From Vicinamibacterales bacterium (GTDB taxonomy: Bacteria; Acidobacteriota; Vicinamibacteria; Vicinamibacterales; UBA8438): 64,000 bases of DNA. Of this stretch, positions 10,431 to 19,645 are shown piece after piece (position 1 is the first letter of the stretch; every line of letters begins with the position of its first letter). Below the pieces are notes generated by a model. That model was not told where the DNA came from. It made no database searches and was given only the letters and a program-made list of their open reading frames with translations. Location of the stretch: positions 1,403,888 to 1,467,887 of the forward strand of contig OZ220736.1 in the NCBI GenBank assembly GCA_965116825.1. The letters are read 5' to 3'. Position numbers and translations under genes: made by a program.

Positions 10431-12263
10431 ATGTCACGCCGCACCGTTCTCGCTCTCGTCGCGCTGGGTGGTCTGGCCGGAGCGGCTCTGGGCGGGTTCG
10501 GCGCATCGCGTTGGCCCGCGCCAGCGGCGGAGCCGGCGCGGCGCCAGGCGTTGTCGGTCGCGATTCCACCCGACCGCGTGCTCCTGGACGTGGCTGTCTC
10601 GCCCGACGCGCGCCGCATCGCCTACACGGCCGTCGCAGAGGGCCGTACCCGCCTCTTCATACGCCGGCTGGATCGCTTCGAAACGGAGGCGGCGCCGGGC
10701 ACGGAGGGCGCGAGGCAACCCTTCTTCGCACCGGACGGCGCATCCGTGGGGTTCTTCGCCGACGGTTGGCTCCGCACGCTCTCACTCGACGGTGATGCAG
10801 CGGACGAGAGAGCGGAAGAGACGCGGGACGGTGGCCGGGACAGGACGAACACCGTCTGCCGCCTGGCCGGGGAAGCCGCCGGCGGGGTGTGGGACGCGGC
10901 CGGCCGCATCATCTTCGGCGGCCCCGGCTACTCCGGCCTCCGGCAGGTGCCCGCGGCCGGCGGCGAGCCGGTGGCCCTGACCGTGGTCGATGTGGAGAAC
11001 GGCGAGACCGCGCACGGGTGGCCGCAGGTAATCGACGAGCAGTGGATGCTCTTCACCACCGGGCGGCACGGACGCGATCCGCGGCTGACCCTCCTGAACC
11101 GCCGGACCGGCGATACACGCCCCCTGCACCTCGCCGACGGAGGCGGGTGGTTCGTCGAGCCGTCCACCGTGGTCTTCGTACGGCGCGGCGAAATATTCGC
11201 CGCCCGCCTCGATCTCGAGGCCGGCCGGGAGCGGCGCGGGATGCCTTCGCCCCGGCCCGTGCTGCGGGGCGCCGCGGCCAGCGCCGCCGGCTATCGAGGC
11301 CTGGGCCGCGCGCGGTTCGCGGCCGCGCGCGACGGCACGCTGGTCTTCGTACCGCCGCCGGCAACCGGGGGAGACAACCGCGTAGTCTGGGTCGACCGGA
11401 CCGGCCGATCCGAGGCGCTCGACGACCCTGCGGCGCAGCATCAGACGCCGCGGCTCTCGCCCGACGGCCGACAGGTCGCAGTCAGCACCGTCACCGGGAT
11501 CCTGCGCCGGGATCTCTGGCTCCTCGACCTCGCACGCGGGGACCGTCGACAGTTGACCGCTCAGGCCGGGGACAACCACTCCCCGCTCTGGTCGCCCGAC
11601 GGAACCACCCTGACCTTCGCCTCGTCGCGGACCGGCCTGCAGCGGATGTTCCGCCTGCGCGTCCGCAACCTCGACGTACGCGACGCCCTGATCGGCGGCG
11701 ACCAGCGCACCCCGGGGTCATGGTCGCCCGACGGACGGCGGCTCGCCTTCCACGAGCTGCGCCCCGACCGCCTGCGCGACATCTGGACGTGGCGCGACGG
11801 CGCGGCTGACGAAGCGACGCCGTGGCTCGCGACGGACGCCAACGAACGGGCCCCGGCGTTCTCGACCAACGGCCGCTGGATCGCCTACGTATCCGACGCC
11901 GAAGCCCACGACGGCGACCAGGTGTACGTTCGCCCCGCGGCCGGACCAGGGACCGGGGCCGCGGTTCGAGTGACGCCGGCCGGCGGCGCGGAACCGGTCT
12001 GGAACAGACAGGGCGGGTCTTTGTTCTACCGCCGGGGACGGGGCCTGTACCAGGTCGCCATCGACGCCGACGGTCGCCCCGCCTCGGAACCGGAGCACCT
12101 CTTCGACAGCGCCCATGTCAGCGATCCGCTGGGCAATCTTCCGGCCTACGACGTTGCGCCCGGCGGCGAGCGGTTCCTGATGCTGGAGCTCGCGGGCCGA
12201 GCGGGCGTCGTGCACCTCCTCGGCGGCTGGCAGACCACGGTCTTCCCGCCCGACACGGATTGA
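10431..12263 (+). CDS. secreted TolB-like / PD40 beta-propeller repeat protein
   Basis: Signal peptide (MSRRTVLALVALGGLAGAALG). Repeated PD40-like segments (SPDARRIAY, FAPDGASVGF, LSPDGRQVAV, WSPDGTTLTF, WSPDGRRLAF, FSTNGRWIAYVS). Confidence 0.7.
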   Translation: MSRRTVLALVALGGLAGAALGGFGASRWPAPAAEPARRQALSVAIPPDRVLLDVAVSPDARRIAYTAVAEGRTRLFIRRLDRFETEAAPGTEGARQPFFAPDGASVGFFADGWLRTLSLDGDAADERAEETRDGGRDRTNTVCRLAGEAAGGVWDAAGRIIFGGPGYSGLRQVPAAGGEPVALTVVDVENGETAHGWPQVIDEQWMLFTTGRHGRDPRLTLLNRRTGDTRPLHLADGGGWFVEPSTVVFVRRGEIFAARLDLEAGRERRGMPSPRPVLRGAAASAAGYRGLGRARFAAARDGTLVFVPPPATGGDNRVVWVDRTGRSEALDDPAAQHQTPRLSPDGRQVAVSTVTGILRRDLWLLDLARGDRRQLTAQAGDNHSPLWSPDGTTLTFASSRTGLQRMFRLRVRNLDVRDALIGGDQRTPGSWSPDGRRLAFHELRPDRLRDIWTWRDGAADEATPWLATDANERAPAFSTNGRWIAYVSDAEAHDGDQVYVRPAAGPGTGAAVRVTPAGGAEPVWNRQGGSLFYRRGRGLYQVAIDADGRPASEPEHLFDSAHVSDPLGNLPAYDVAPGGERFLMLELAGRAGVVHLLGGWQTTVFPPDTD

Positions 12264-12393
12264 GGACGCCCCGACCGGGAACCCGCGGCGGAAGCATGCG
12301 TATCTCCAAGTACCGCGGAACGGCGGCGCCGACCTGCGCAGGCCATGGCGCCGCGACCGGAGCCCGTGACGTTGGACCACAGGAGAAGCTGAC

Positions 12394-12969
12394 ATGACCT
12401 GCAAGCACTGCCATCGCGACATTCCGGACGAAGCGTCCTACTGCCTGTTCTGCGGCCGACGGCAGCGGATCTCCGAGACGCTCTTTCCGAAGGCTCTGCG
12501 GCGTTCCCACGTCGATCGCAAGCTCGCCGGCATCTGCGGCGGCATCGCGCGGTATCTGGACACCGATCCGGTGTTCATCCGCGTGGCCTGGGTCATCCTG
12601 TCCATCTTCCCCGGCACGATCCTGCTCGGGGTCCTGGCCTACGTCGTGGCCTGGATCATCGTTCCGGAAGCGGAGCCGGGCGCGGAGCCGATCGTCGTCG
12701 GGGCCAAGCGGATGCAGCGGTCCGCGAACCACGTCACCGTGGCCGGCGTGTGCGGCGGCATCGCGGAGTACTTCGCTGTCGATGTGACGGCAATGCGCGT
12801 GCTGTGGGTCCTGCTCTCGATCTTCCCCGGGTTCGTGATCTGCGGCATATTCGCCTATGCGGCGGCCTGGTTCATCATGCCGGAGGCAACGGTGGTTCCA
12901 GTGGCCGCGCCGCCCTCGCCGCCGCCGGCGCCGGCGGCGGACCCCACGCCGGCCGCCAGCGGGGAGTAG
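12394..12969 (+). CDS. PspC-domain membrane protein (two PspC repeats) with N-terminal zinc ribbon
   Basis: CKHC...CLFCG at the N-terminus. Two copies of the PspC pattern (LAGICGGIARYLDTDPVFIRVAWVILSIFPG; VAGVCGGIAEYFAVDVTAMRVLWVLLSIFPG). AGGAGA Shine-Dalgarno sequence upstream. Confidence 0.8.
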   Translation: MTCKHCHRDIPDEASYCLFCGRRQRISETLFPKALRRSHVDRKLAGICGGIARYLDTDPVFIRVAWVILSIFPGTILLGVLAYVVAWIIVPEAEPGAEPIVVGAKRMQRSANHVTVAGVCGGIAEYFAVDVTAMRVLWVLLSIFPGFVICGIFAYAAAWFIMPEATVVPVAAPPSPPPAPAADPTPAASGE

Positions 12970-12972
12970 CAT

Positions 12973-12998
12973 CCGCGGCCCGGTCGACGGGGCCGCGG
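12973..12998 (+). terminator. GC-rich hairpin between the pspC-like gene and the next CDS
   Basis: CCGCGGCCC-ggtcgacg-GGGCCGCGG gives a 9-bp perfect stem, extendable by the GCAT/ATGC flanks. It starts 4 nt after the TAG and ends 1 nt before the ATG at 13000. There is no U-tract, so it could equally be a translational occluder. Confidence 0.35.
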
Positions 12999-12999
12999 T

Positions 13000-13743
13000 A
13001 TGCTCCACGGCTATATGACCGGTTCCGTCGACGCGATTCCGCTCTCCAACCTCAGTCTCTCGCTGCTCCCGGCGCTGGTGGTGCTCGTCATCCTCCAGCG
13101 CTGGTCGGCCGGCGCCGGTGCCGCACTCTACGGCGTCGGGCGCATGGTCGCGCAGCTCGCACTCGTCGGCTACGTGCTGACGTTCATCTTCGGCACCGCG
13201 CACCCGGCCGTCGTGCTCGGCACGCTGACGGTGATGCTCACCGCGGCGGGCTGGATCTCGCTACGGCCGGTGGCACGCCGCCGCAGGGCCGTCTATCCGC
13301 AGGCGCTGGCCGCGATCTGTGCGAGCGGAGTGTCGACCCTCGCCCTGATCACGCAGGGCGTCCTGGCCGCCGACCCCTGGCACGACCCGACGGTACTGAT
13401 CCCGCTGGGCGGCATGGTCTTCGCCGCGTCCATGAACGCGGTCAGCCTGTCGGCGGAACGGCTCGACGCGGAGCTCTCCCGCGGATCCTCGTACCACGAC
13501 GCGCGCCCCATCGCGATGCGCTCGGCGCTCATACCGCAGGTGAACACGCTGTTCGCCGTCGGCCTCGTATCGCTGCCGGGAATGATGACCGGCCAGATCC
13601 TGTCCGGGATCTCGCCGCTGATCGCGGTGCGCTACCAGGTCATGGTGATGTGCATGCTGTTCGGCGCGGCCGGCATGTCCGCGGCGTGCTTTCTGGCGCT
13701 GCAGCGTCCGCGCGGCGAGGAGTCGCCGACGCCTGTCGCTTGA
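13000..13743 (+). CDS. UPF0014 / FetB(YbbM)-like ABC-type permease
   Basis: Polytopic membrane protein of 247 aa. I recognise the sequence pattern as YbbM/FetB family (LVGYVLTFIFG..., MMTGQILSG). No partner ATPase gene is adjacent. Confidence 0.6.
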   Translation: MLHGYMTGSVDAIPLSNLSLSLLPALVVLVILQRWSAGAGAALYGVGRMVAQLALVGYVLTFIFGTAHPAVVLGTLTVMLTAAGWISLRPVARRRRAVYPQALAAICASGVSTLALITQGVLAADPWHDPTVLIPLGGMVFAASMNAVSLSAERLDAELSRGSSYHDARPIAMRSALIPQVNTLFAVGLVSLPGMMTGQILSGISPLIAVRYQVMVMCMLFGAAGMSAACFLALQRPRGEESPTPVA

Positions 13744-13770
13744 CGTCGCGGCGCCAGGAAGCCGTCGAGT

Positions 13771-14160
13771 TCACGGAACGCACTCGATACCGGGCCTCAG
13801 CGCGAACGCGGTGTCGCAGGTCAGCGCCGTCTTCAGCCCTCGACGCTCCATGACAGCCAAATGAAGGCAATCGCGCGCCGAGAGCGCATGCTGCTCGTTG
13901 GCGATTGTGTGCGCGACGGAAACGTCTTCACGGGCGATCGGGAATACCGTGGTCACCAGGCCGTCGAGAAGCCGAAATGCATCGGCGATCGCGCCGCGGC
14001 GATTGACGGCAACGTAGCGGTGCACGATCTCCTGATACACCTCCGCACTCGTGACGTAGTCGCTGGCGGCGTGCGAGTGGAGAAACTCCGCGATCCGGTC
14101 CCGGTTGGGGTGGGGCGCGCCCACCAGGTACATCGGCACGTTGGAGTCAACGAAGATCAC
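13771..14160 (-). CDS. vapC: PIN-domain toxin VapC
   Basis: GTG at 14160 gives VIFVDSNVPMYLVG... The PIN acidic residues are present (D in FVDSN, SAEVYQEI, SARDCLH, TCDTAF). It overlaps the upstream antitoxin stop by 14 nt. Confidence 0.75.
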   Translation of the reverse strand: MIFVDSNVPMYLVGAPHPNRDRIAEFLHSHAASDYVTSAEVYQEIVHRYVAVNRRGAIADAFRLLDGLVTTVFPIAREDVSVAHTIANEQHALSARDCLHLAVMERRGLKTALTCDTAFALRPGIECVP

Positions 14161-14395
14161 GGCCGCGCTCGATGTCGGCGAGCATCTCGTCGATGTCGCC
14201 GGTGGGATGACCGCAGCGCAGGGCGCGATCGAGCGCCTCCAGCCGGCTGGCCGGGCTCGGACCAGCCTGGCTGTCCCGCGCCGCACGCAGCGCTCGCCGC
14301 GCCCATTCGCTCACGGTCAAGCCGGCGCGCCGGGCGACTTGGCGCAACGACGCCACCTCGGCTGCGGACATGACGATCTGCAGGCGCGTACTCAT
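14147..14395 (-). CDS. vapB: ribbon-helix-helix antitoxin (VapB-like)
   Basis: MSTRLQIVMSAAEVASLRQVARRAGLTVSEWARRALRAA is a typical RHH N-terminus. Alternative ATGs at 14401 and 14413 lie in the ATGAGTA repeats. Confidence 0.65.
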   Translation of the reverse strand: MSTRLQIVMSAAEVASLRQVARRAGLTVSEWARRALRAARDSQAGPSPASRLEALDRALRCGHPTGDIDEMLADIERGRDLR

Positions 14396-14407
14396 ACTCA
14401 TGAGTAT
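14394..14407. promoter_or_regulatory. 14-bp perfect palindrome ATACTCATGAGTAT at the vapB start (putative autoregulatory operator)
   Basis: Read directly. It is embedded in three TACTCAT repeats that also supply the alternative vapB ATG codons. Confidence 0.55.
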
Positions 14408-14580
14408 ACTCATTCTCGACCGGTCCGCAACCACTGCGGACCACGCCGCTCCCATTACGTGCGGCGCACGGCGCTCGACCGACCACGGCCCCCGACGACC
14501 GGCTCGCCACCTCCGCGAATGGCGTATATTGGGCTCGGCGCCACGATATTGGACGACGGGCGCCTGGTGCTGAACCGGCG

Positions 14581-15870
14581 ATGCGCATCAACAGGCTGGA
14601 TATCAACAACTTTCGGTGCTTCGACGAGCGCTCGTTCACCTTTCACGAACGGTTCACCCTGCTGGTCGGCGCCAACGCCACCGGCAAGACTTCCGTCCTC
14701 GACGCGCTGGCGGTCGCCTTGGGGGCGGCGTTGATCCCGGTGCCTCACGCGTTGAGCGGCTCAATCCACCATCGGGACGTCCGTCGCACATATCAGCAGA
14801 TCGGCGAGACCGGACACTTCCGGGAACACTATCCGGCCCGCATCGAAGCGCATGGCTCGATCGAGAAACACAGCGTCATCTGGACGCGTGCCTTGAGGTC
14901 GGCGAAATCGCGGACCACGCGTGGAGGATCGCGAGCGATCCGCGAGGCAATGAACCAACTCGTACAGGGGAGCGCCAGCCACGACGACGTACTGTTGCCG
15001 TACATCGGCTACTACGGAACGGGTCGGCTTTGGCGAGAGCAGAGACTGCTCTCCGAGGGCGGCATCGATCCGGCCAGACGAAGCTCTCGCTACGTCGGAT
15101 ACCAGAACTGCCTTACCCCGAGCTCGTCGGCTCGACACCTCTCGGCCTGGGTCAAGCGCCTCGCCCTCATCGAGGCTCGGAGAGGCCCCCTCGCAACTCT
15201 CCAGGCCGTCCTTCGTGCTATTGCCGATTGCGTCGAAGAAGCTGTCTCCGCCTATTTCGATTTCGAGGAGGACGATATCGTCGTCCAGTTCGAGACCGAC
15301 CGGTTTCCGTTTCGTTCACTGAGCGATGGCCAACGCAACATGGCCGCCACCGCCGCCGACATCGCGATGCGCTGCGCACAACTCAACCCGCAACTCAAGA
15401 ACCGCGCGCGCCTCGAAACACCGGGCGTAGTCCTGATTGACGAGGTCGATCTGCACCTCCATCCTCGGCGGCAGCGCACCGTCGTTGGAGACATGACCAG
15501 AACTTTCCCCAGGCTCCAGTTCGTCGCAACCAGCCATTCGCCGTTCATCGTCCAGTCGGTAAGCGATGGCGGGGTGATCAACCTCGACAGAGAGGGCTCC
15601 GAACCGGAGACACCGCACGACCAGAGCGTCGAGGACGTCGCCGAGAACATCATGGGCGTCGATCAACCGCAACGAAGCAAGCGCTTCCAGGAGATGATGA
15701 AAGCGGCGGCAGAGTACTACCGACTTATCGAGGGCGCCACCGGAGAGACCGATCCCCGGGAAGTTCAGGCGTTGCGCGACCGGCTCGATCGGCTCGAGGA
15801 ACCCTTCGCCAACAACCCCGCCTACGTTGCGTTTCTTCGTTTGCAACGCGCGGCGAGGAATCTTCGATGA
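14581..15870 (+). CDS. ptuA: AAA/ABC-type ATPase, Septu PtuA-like (COG3950-like)
   Basis: N-terminus MRINRLDINNFRCFDE..LLVGANATGKTSVLDAL (Walker A). Signature SDGQRNM. Walker B VVLIDEVDLHLHP. It is followed by a TIGR02646-like HNH gene. Confidence 0.75.
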   Translation: MRINRLDINNFRCFDERSFTFHERFTLLVGANATGKTSVLDALAVALGAALIPVPHALSGSIHHRDVRRTYQQIGETGHFREHYPARIEAHGSIEKHSVIWTRALRSAKSRTTRGGSRAIREAMNQLVQGSASHDDVLLPYIGYYGTGRLWREQRLLSEGGIDPARRSSRYVGYQNCLTPSSSARHLSAWVKRLALIEARRGPLATLQAVLRAIADCVEEAVSAYFDFEEDDIVVQFETDRFPFRSLSDGQRNMAATAADIAMRCAQLNPQLKNRARLETPGVVLIDEVDLHLHPRRQRTVVGDMTRTFPRLQFVATSHSPFIVQSVSDGGVINLDREGSEPETPHDQSVEDVAENIMGVDQPQRSKRFQEMMKAAAEYYRLIEGATGETDPREVQALRDRLDRLEEPFANNPAYVAFLRLQRAARNLR

Positions 15871-15918
15871 GCCGCAACGGCGCGACAGAACCAGCATCCC
15901 GACGAACGGAATCATCGC

Positions 15919-16549
15919 ATGCGACGAGTCGAGCGCGGACCTCACCCGGTGGATGGAAACAACAATCCCAAGACGTTCCACCCCTACCGCAGGGCCAAGA
16001 CAGACCTTCTCGAGCGGATCGGCGGCTATTGCAGCTACTGTGAGCGAACGGGCGATCCTCATATCGAGCACGTCGCGCCCCGGCGGCAGCGGCCGGACCT
16101 GACGGAAGACTGGACGAACTTCCTGCTCGGCTGCGCGAACTGCAACGGAACGAAGGGTAACCGGGAACCAGTCGCGCGACGGCTACCTCTGGCCGGACCA
16201 GGACGATACCGAAGGCGCGTTCGAATACCTGCCGGACGGCATCGTGAAGGTGCGGAACGACCTTCCGGAACTGGAAGGTGGGAAGGCGAGAAGGTTGTTC
16301 GAACTCGTAGGCCTTGGGTGTTGCCCGGCAGGCGATCCGTGCGCGAGGGACCTGCGATGGCGCGACCGTCGTGAAGCTTGGCGGCAAGCCGCGTACGCGC
16401 GCCAGCGCGTGGAAGATGGAGCCGACATCATCGATGAGGTGATCGCGCTGGCGAAGGCGATCGGGTTCTGGTCCGTGTGGATGACCGTATTCGCAGGCCA
16501 ACCGCAAGTGTGCGATCTCCTGCGCCTGCACTTCCCGGGCACGAGATGA
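15919..16549 (+). pseudogene. ptuB: HNH endonuclease, Septu PtuB-like, interrupted by a 1-nt frameshift near 16160-16175
   Basis: Frame 1 (15919..): GGYCSYCERTGDPHIEHVAPRRQ..NFLLGCANCNGTKGN, which then runs into Arg/Pro nonsense. The homologous continuation (SRDGYLWPDQDDTEGAFEYLPDGIVKVRNDLPE...FWSVWMTVF...) is in frame 2, covering track ORF 16244..16549 and its upstream extension. Confidence 0.7.
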
Positions 16550-16617
16550 ATGGTGGCCCCGCGAACACGTCCGAGAATCGGGATCCCAATGTCGCCGGAG
16601 CGGCCTTCGAGGGTCAG

Positions 16618-17553
16618 CTACGCCAGCACCCGCGCGCCGGCGGTGTTGACCGGCCCGACGTAGCGGTCGCTCTCGAGTCCGGCCGACTCGAAGGCCGCCT
16701 CCATCACGTCGGCCACCGCGTCGGCCAAGGCATCGGACTCGGCGAACGCCAGGACGCTGGGCCCCGATCCGGAAATCGAGCAACCGAGAGCGCCGGCGTC
16801 GAGCGCGGCTTGCTTGACCTCGGCGAATGCAGGCACGAGCGGCGCACGGACCGGCTCCACCAGCGCGTCCTGGATGCTCCGGCCCAGGAGCGCCAGGTCC
16901 CCGGTGTGGAGCGCGGCGACCAGCGCTGCGACGTTCCCCAGATTGGCGACGGCCTGCCCGATGGTGAACCGCCGCTCGGCCACGAGCCGCCGCGCCTCGG
17001 CGGTCAGCACCTGCGCGTGCGGGTGAACGAGCACCACTCGCAGGGCGTCGGGCACGGGCAGCCGGATCAGGTCGAGGGGGTCGGACGCCCGAATCAGCAC
17101 AATGCCGCCCATCACGCTCGGCGCGACGTTGTCGGCGTGCGCGGTACCGGAGGCGGCCGCCTCTCCGCGCAGGGCGCAGGCCACGAGGTCGTCGGCCGAG
17201 AGCGCCCCACCGAAGAGCGCGTTGACCGCCACGGCGCCCCCGACGCTGCTGGCGGCCGAGCTGCCCAGGCCGCTCCCCAGCGGCATCTGCTTGTGCAGCC
17301 ACAGCCGGACGCCGCGGCCGGCGACGGGCAGCCGTTCGATCGCGGCGGCGGCGGCGATGCCGACCACGTTCTCGCGCGGGTTGGTGTTGAGCGAGTCGGC
17401 GCCGGACACCTCGACGATCTCCACGCCGGGCTCGTCGCGGATTTCGGCCTCCACGAGATCGCCGGGACGTTCGAGGGCCAAGCCCAGAACGTCGAATCCG
17501 GGACCGAGGTTGGAAGCGGTGGCCGGGGCGAAGACGCGTACGCGATCGGGCAT
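16618..17553 (-). CDS. thrB: homoserine kinase
   Basis: MPDRVRVFAPATASNLGPGFDVLG plus the GHMP motif MPLGSGLGSSAASS. Internal start chosen at 17553. Confidence 0.85.
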   Translation of the reverse strand: MPDRVRVFAPATASNLGPGFDVLGLALERPGDLVEAEIRDEPGVEIVEVSGADSLNTNPRENVVGIAAAAAIERLPVAGRGVRLWLHKQMPLGSGLGSSAASSVGGAVAVNALFGGALSADDLVACALRGEAAASGTAHADNVAPSVMGGIVLIRASDPLDLIRLPVPDALRVVLVHPHAQVLTAEARRLVAERRFTIGQAVANLGNVAALVAALHTGDLALLGRSIQDALVEPVRAPLVPAFAEVKQAALDAGALGCSISGSGPSVLAFAESDALADAVADVMEAAFESAGLESDRYVGPVNTAGARVLA

Positions 17554-17648
17554 CCGATGATTATCGATGATTGGCGCAAACAGCCGGCTCGGTGGCGGCG
17601 ACGAGCATTCGAGACCGAACGCTCCCACCGTGTAGTACGCTGGCGCGT

Positions 17649-18101
17649 ATGGGTAGCAGGATCAGGTCGGCCATCGCCATCGCCGCGGTAATCGCCTGCC
17701 CCGCCGCCATCGCGGCAGAGAGGGAACCAACGGCGCCTTCACTGCAGGCGAGTGGAGCGGAGCCGGCCGAACAGTTTCGGCGACAACTCCAGAACACCCG
17801 CGCCCGGCTCGCGCTGACCGCTGCCCAGGTCGAGCAGGTCGGACCGATCCTCCAGACCGCGTTCGAGGCCCGGCTCGCGGTGCTCCGCGAATACGGCATC
17901 GACCTCCGGGACGGCGCGGGACCCGCCAACGGACTCGGGTTCTTCCAGGCCCGCCGGCTGCGCCGCGATCTCGATGGCGTGCAGGAGCGAACCCTGGACG
18001 CACTCGACGACGTGCTGACGGAGGCGCAGATCGAGGCGTACGAGGAGTTCCAGGAGGAGAGGCGGGAAGCAATGCGGGAACGCCTCCGGCAGCGGCGCTG
18101 A
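17649..18101 (+). CDS. periplasmic Spy/CpxP-like (LTxxQ) protein
   Basis: Signal peptide MGSRIRSAIAIAAVIACPAAIAA. Two LTxxQ motifs (LTAAQVEQV, LTEAQIEAY). Charged helical tail. Confidence 0.55.
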   Translation: MGSRIRSAIAIAAVIACPAAIAAEREPTAPSLQASGAEPAEQFRRQLQNTRARLALTAAQVEQVGPILQTAFEARLAVLREYGIDLRDGAGPANGLGFFQARRLRRDLDGVQERTLDALDDVLTEAQIEAYEEFQEERREAMRERLRQRR

Positions 18102-18103
18102 AC

Positions 18104-18688
18104 GTGGGAAGCTCCACGAGCGTCACGATCCGGAGCGCCGGTGTCGACGACGCCGAGGCCGTCGCGGCCGTGCACAACACGAGCCTGCAGGCTTCCTATC
18201 GTCCTCTGATTCCCGAGCGGATCGCGCATCTCGTCCTCGACCCGCCGGAGGTGGCGCCGCGCATCCCCGGGTGGCGGCGATGCCTCGAGCGGCCCCGGGT
18301 CAGCACGACCCTCGTGGCCTGCGACAACACTCAGGTCGTGGGGTTCTGCACCCTGCGTTCGACGCCCGGCGGCGATGCGGAGGGAGCAACCGGAGAGATC
18401 TGGGCGCTGTTCGTGCGACCCTCGCATTGGCGTCGAGGCATCGGCCGTCTGCTGTGCGAACAATCGCTGGCCGACGCACGCCGGCAGGGATTCTCCGGCA
18501 TCGAGCTGTGGGAGCTGGAGTCCAATACGAGTGCTCGGAGGTTCTTCCACTCGATGGGGTTTCGCCCCGACGGCGGGACGCGGATCTTTCTGGAACACGC
18601 GGGCGTCTCGCTGCGCGAGCGGCGCTACCGGCGGACCACGTCGCCGATTGCCCCCGCGCCGGCACCGCAGCACGGCGCCGACTGCTGA
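18104..18688 (+). CDS. GNAT family N-acetyltransferase
   Basis: Motif A (LFVRPSHWRRGIGRLL) and the overall GNAT layout. Confidence 0.8.
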   Translation: MGSSTSVTIRSAGVDDAEAVAAVHNTSLQASYRPLIPERIAHLVLDPPEVAPRIPGWRRCLERPRVSTTLVACDNTQVVGFCTLRSTPGGDAEGATGEIWALFVRPSHWRRGIGRLLCEQSLADARRQGFSGIELWELESNTSARRFFHSMGFRPDGGTRIFLEHAGVSLRERRYRRTTSPIAPAPAPQHGADC

Positions 18689-18785
18689 TGAGCCTTGGTT
18701 GGGCGGCCAGCGGAGCCGCGGCCGACACGTGACGGGCTACACTGTCAGGAGACTCGGGGAACCGGTCAGACCGAAGGAAGACGCC

Positions 18786-19550
18786 ATGCACGCACGCCAC
18801 GCCATCGCCGGAGCACTTGCCGCCGCCCTCGCCGTCTCGGCTGCCTGCGGGGGAGCCGCCGCACCCGACGCGGACCTGCCCGATATCGTCGCGCAGTCCA
18901 TCGCGTACCACGGCGGCGACCTCTACGAGAGCGCCAGGATGACGATGACCATCACGTCGCTGTCGGGGAGCTTCGACATCGAGGCGACCCGCAACGGCGG
19001 CGAGTTCGAGTTCACCGTGACCGACCCGGCCCGGGGCGACCGGCCCGAGCGCCGCGTGCGCCTGAACAACGAAGGCGTCACCGAGTGGCGCGGCGGCGAA
19101 GAGGTCGAGCTGGACGCCGAGGACGAGCGGCGCGCCACCGCGTTCGCCAACGCCCGCGTCTTCTTCCCCCTGCTGCCGTACACGCTCAAGGGAGGCGACA
19201 TCCACTTCGAGGACCGCGGCCTCGACCGCTGGCACGGCCGCGACCTGCACCGCATGCGGGTGGCGTTCACCCCCGGCACGAGCAATGACGCCGACGACGC
19301 CTATACGTTCTGGTTCGACCCGGAGACCGGCCGCATCGAGCAGTTCGGCTATGACTTCGACAACGGGCTCCGCTTCCGGCGGGCGACCTCGTTCGAGCGG
19401 GTCGGCGGCGTGCTCTTCTCCGACCAGGACAACTACGCCGTCGACGGCGGGAAGGTGCCGGTCGACACGCTGACCCCCGACTACGTGGTCAACAGCATGC
19501 GGCTGCTGTCGCATGTGGCGATCAGCGACGTGACGGTGGAGCCGCTGTAG
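18786..19550 (+). CDS. lipoprotein, function unknown
   Basis: Internal ATG at 18786. Lipobox (ALAVSAACGG). The rest of the long track ORF upstream overlaps the GNAT gene out of frame. Confidence 0.6.
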   Translation: MHARHAIAGALAAALAVSAACGGAAAPDADLPDIVAQSIAYHGGDLYESARMTMTITSLSGSFDIEATRNGGEFEFTVTDPARGDRPERRVRLNNEGVTEWRGGEEVELDAEDERRATAFANARVFFPLLPYTLKGGDIHFEDRGLDRWHGRDLHRMRVAFTPGTSNDADDAYTFWFDPETGRIEQFGYDFDNGLRFRRATSFERVGGVLFSDQDNYAVDGGKVPVDTLTPDYVVNSMRLLSHVAISDVTVEPL

Positions 19551-19645
19551 GCCGACTCTTGCCTCGACTGCGGCCCGGAGCCGTTTCGATGTTGGCCCCG
19601 ATTCGGGGCGCGGTGCAGCGTTCGGGTCGCCGCAACGCGGTCGAC

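Noticed and set aside
16618-17553. Isolated thrB considered as part of the neighbouring defence cluster
   Set aside because: It is a standard homoserine kinase convergent with ptuB. Nothing links it functionally to that cluster.
19596-19608. Small hairpin CCCCG-ATT-CGGGG between the convergent lipoprotein and Fic genes, considered as a bidirectional terminator
   Set aside because: The stem is only 5 bp with a 3-nt loop and no U-tract, which is too weak to report as a feature.
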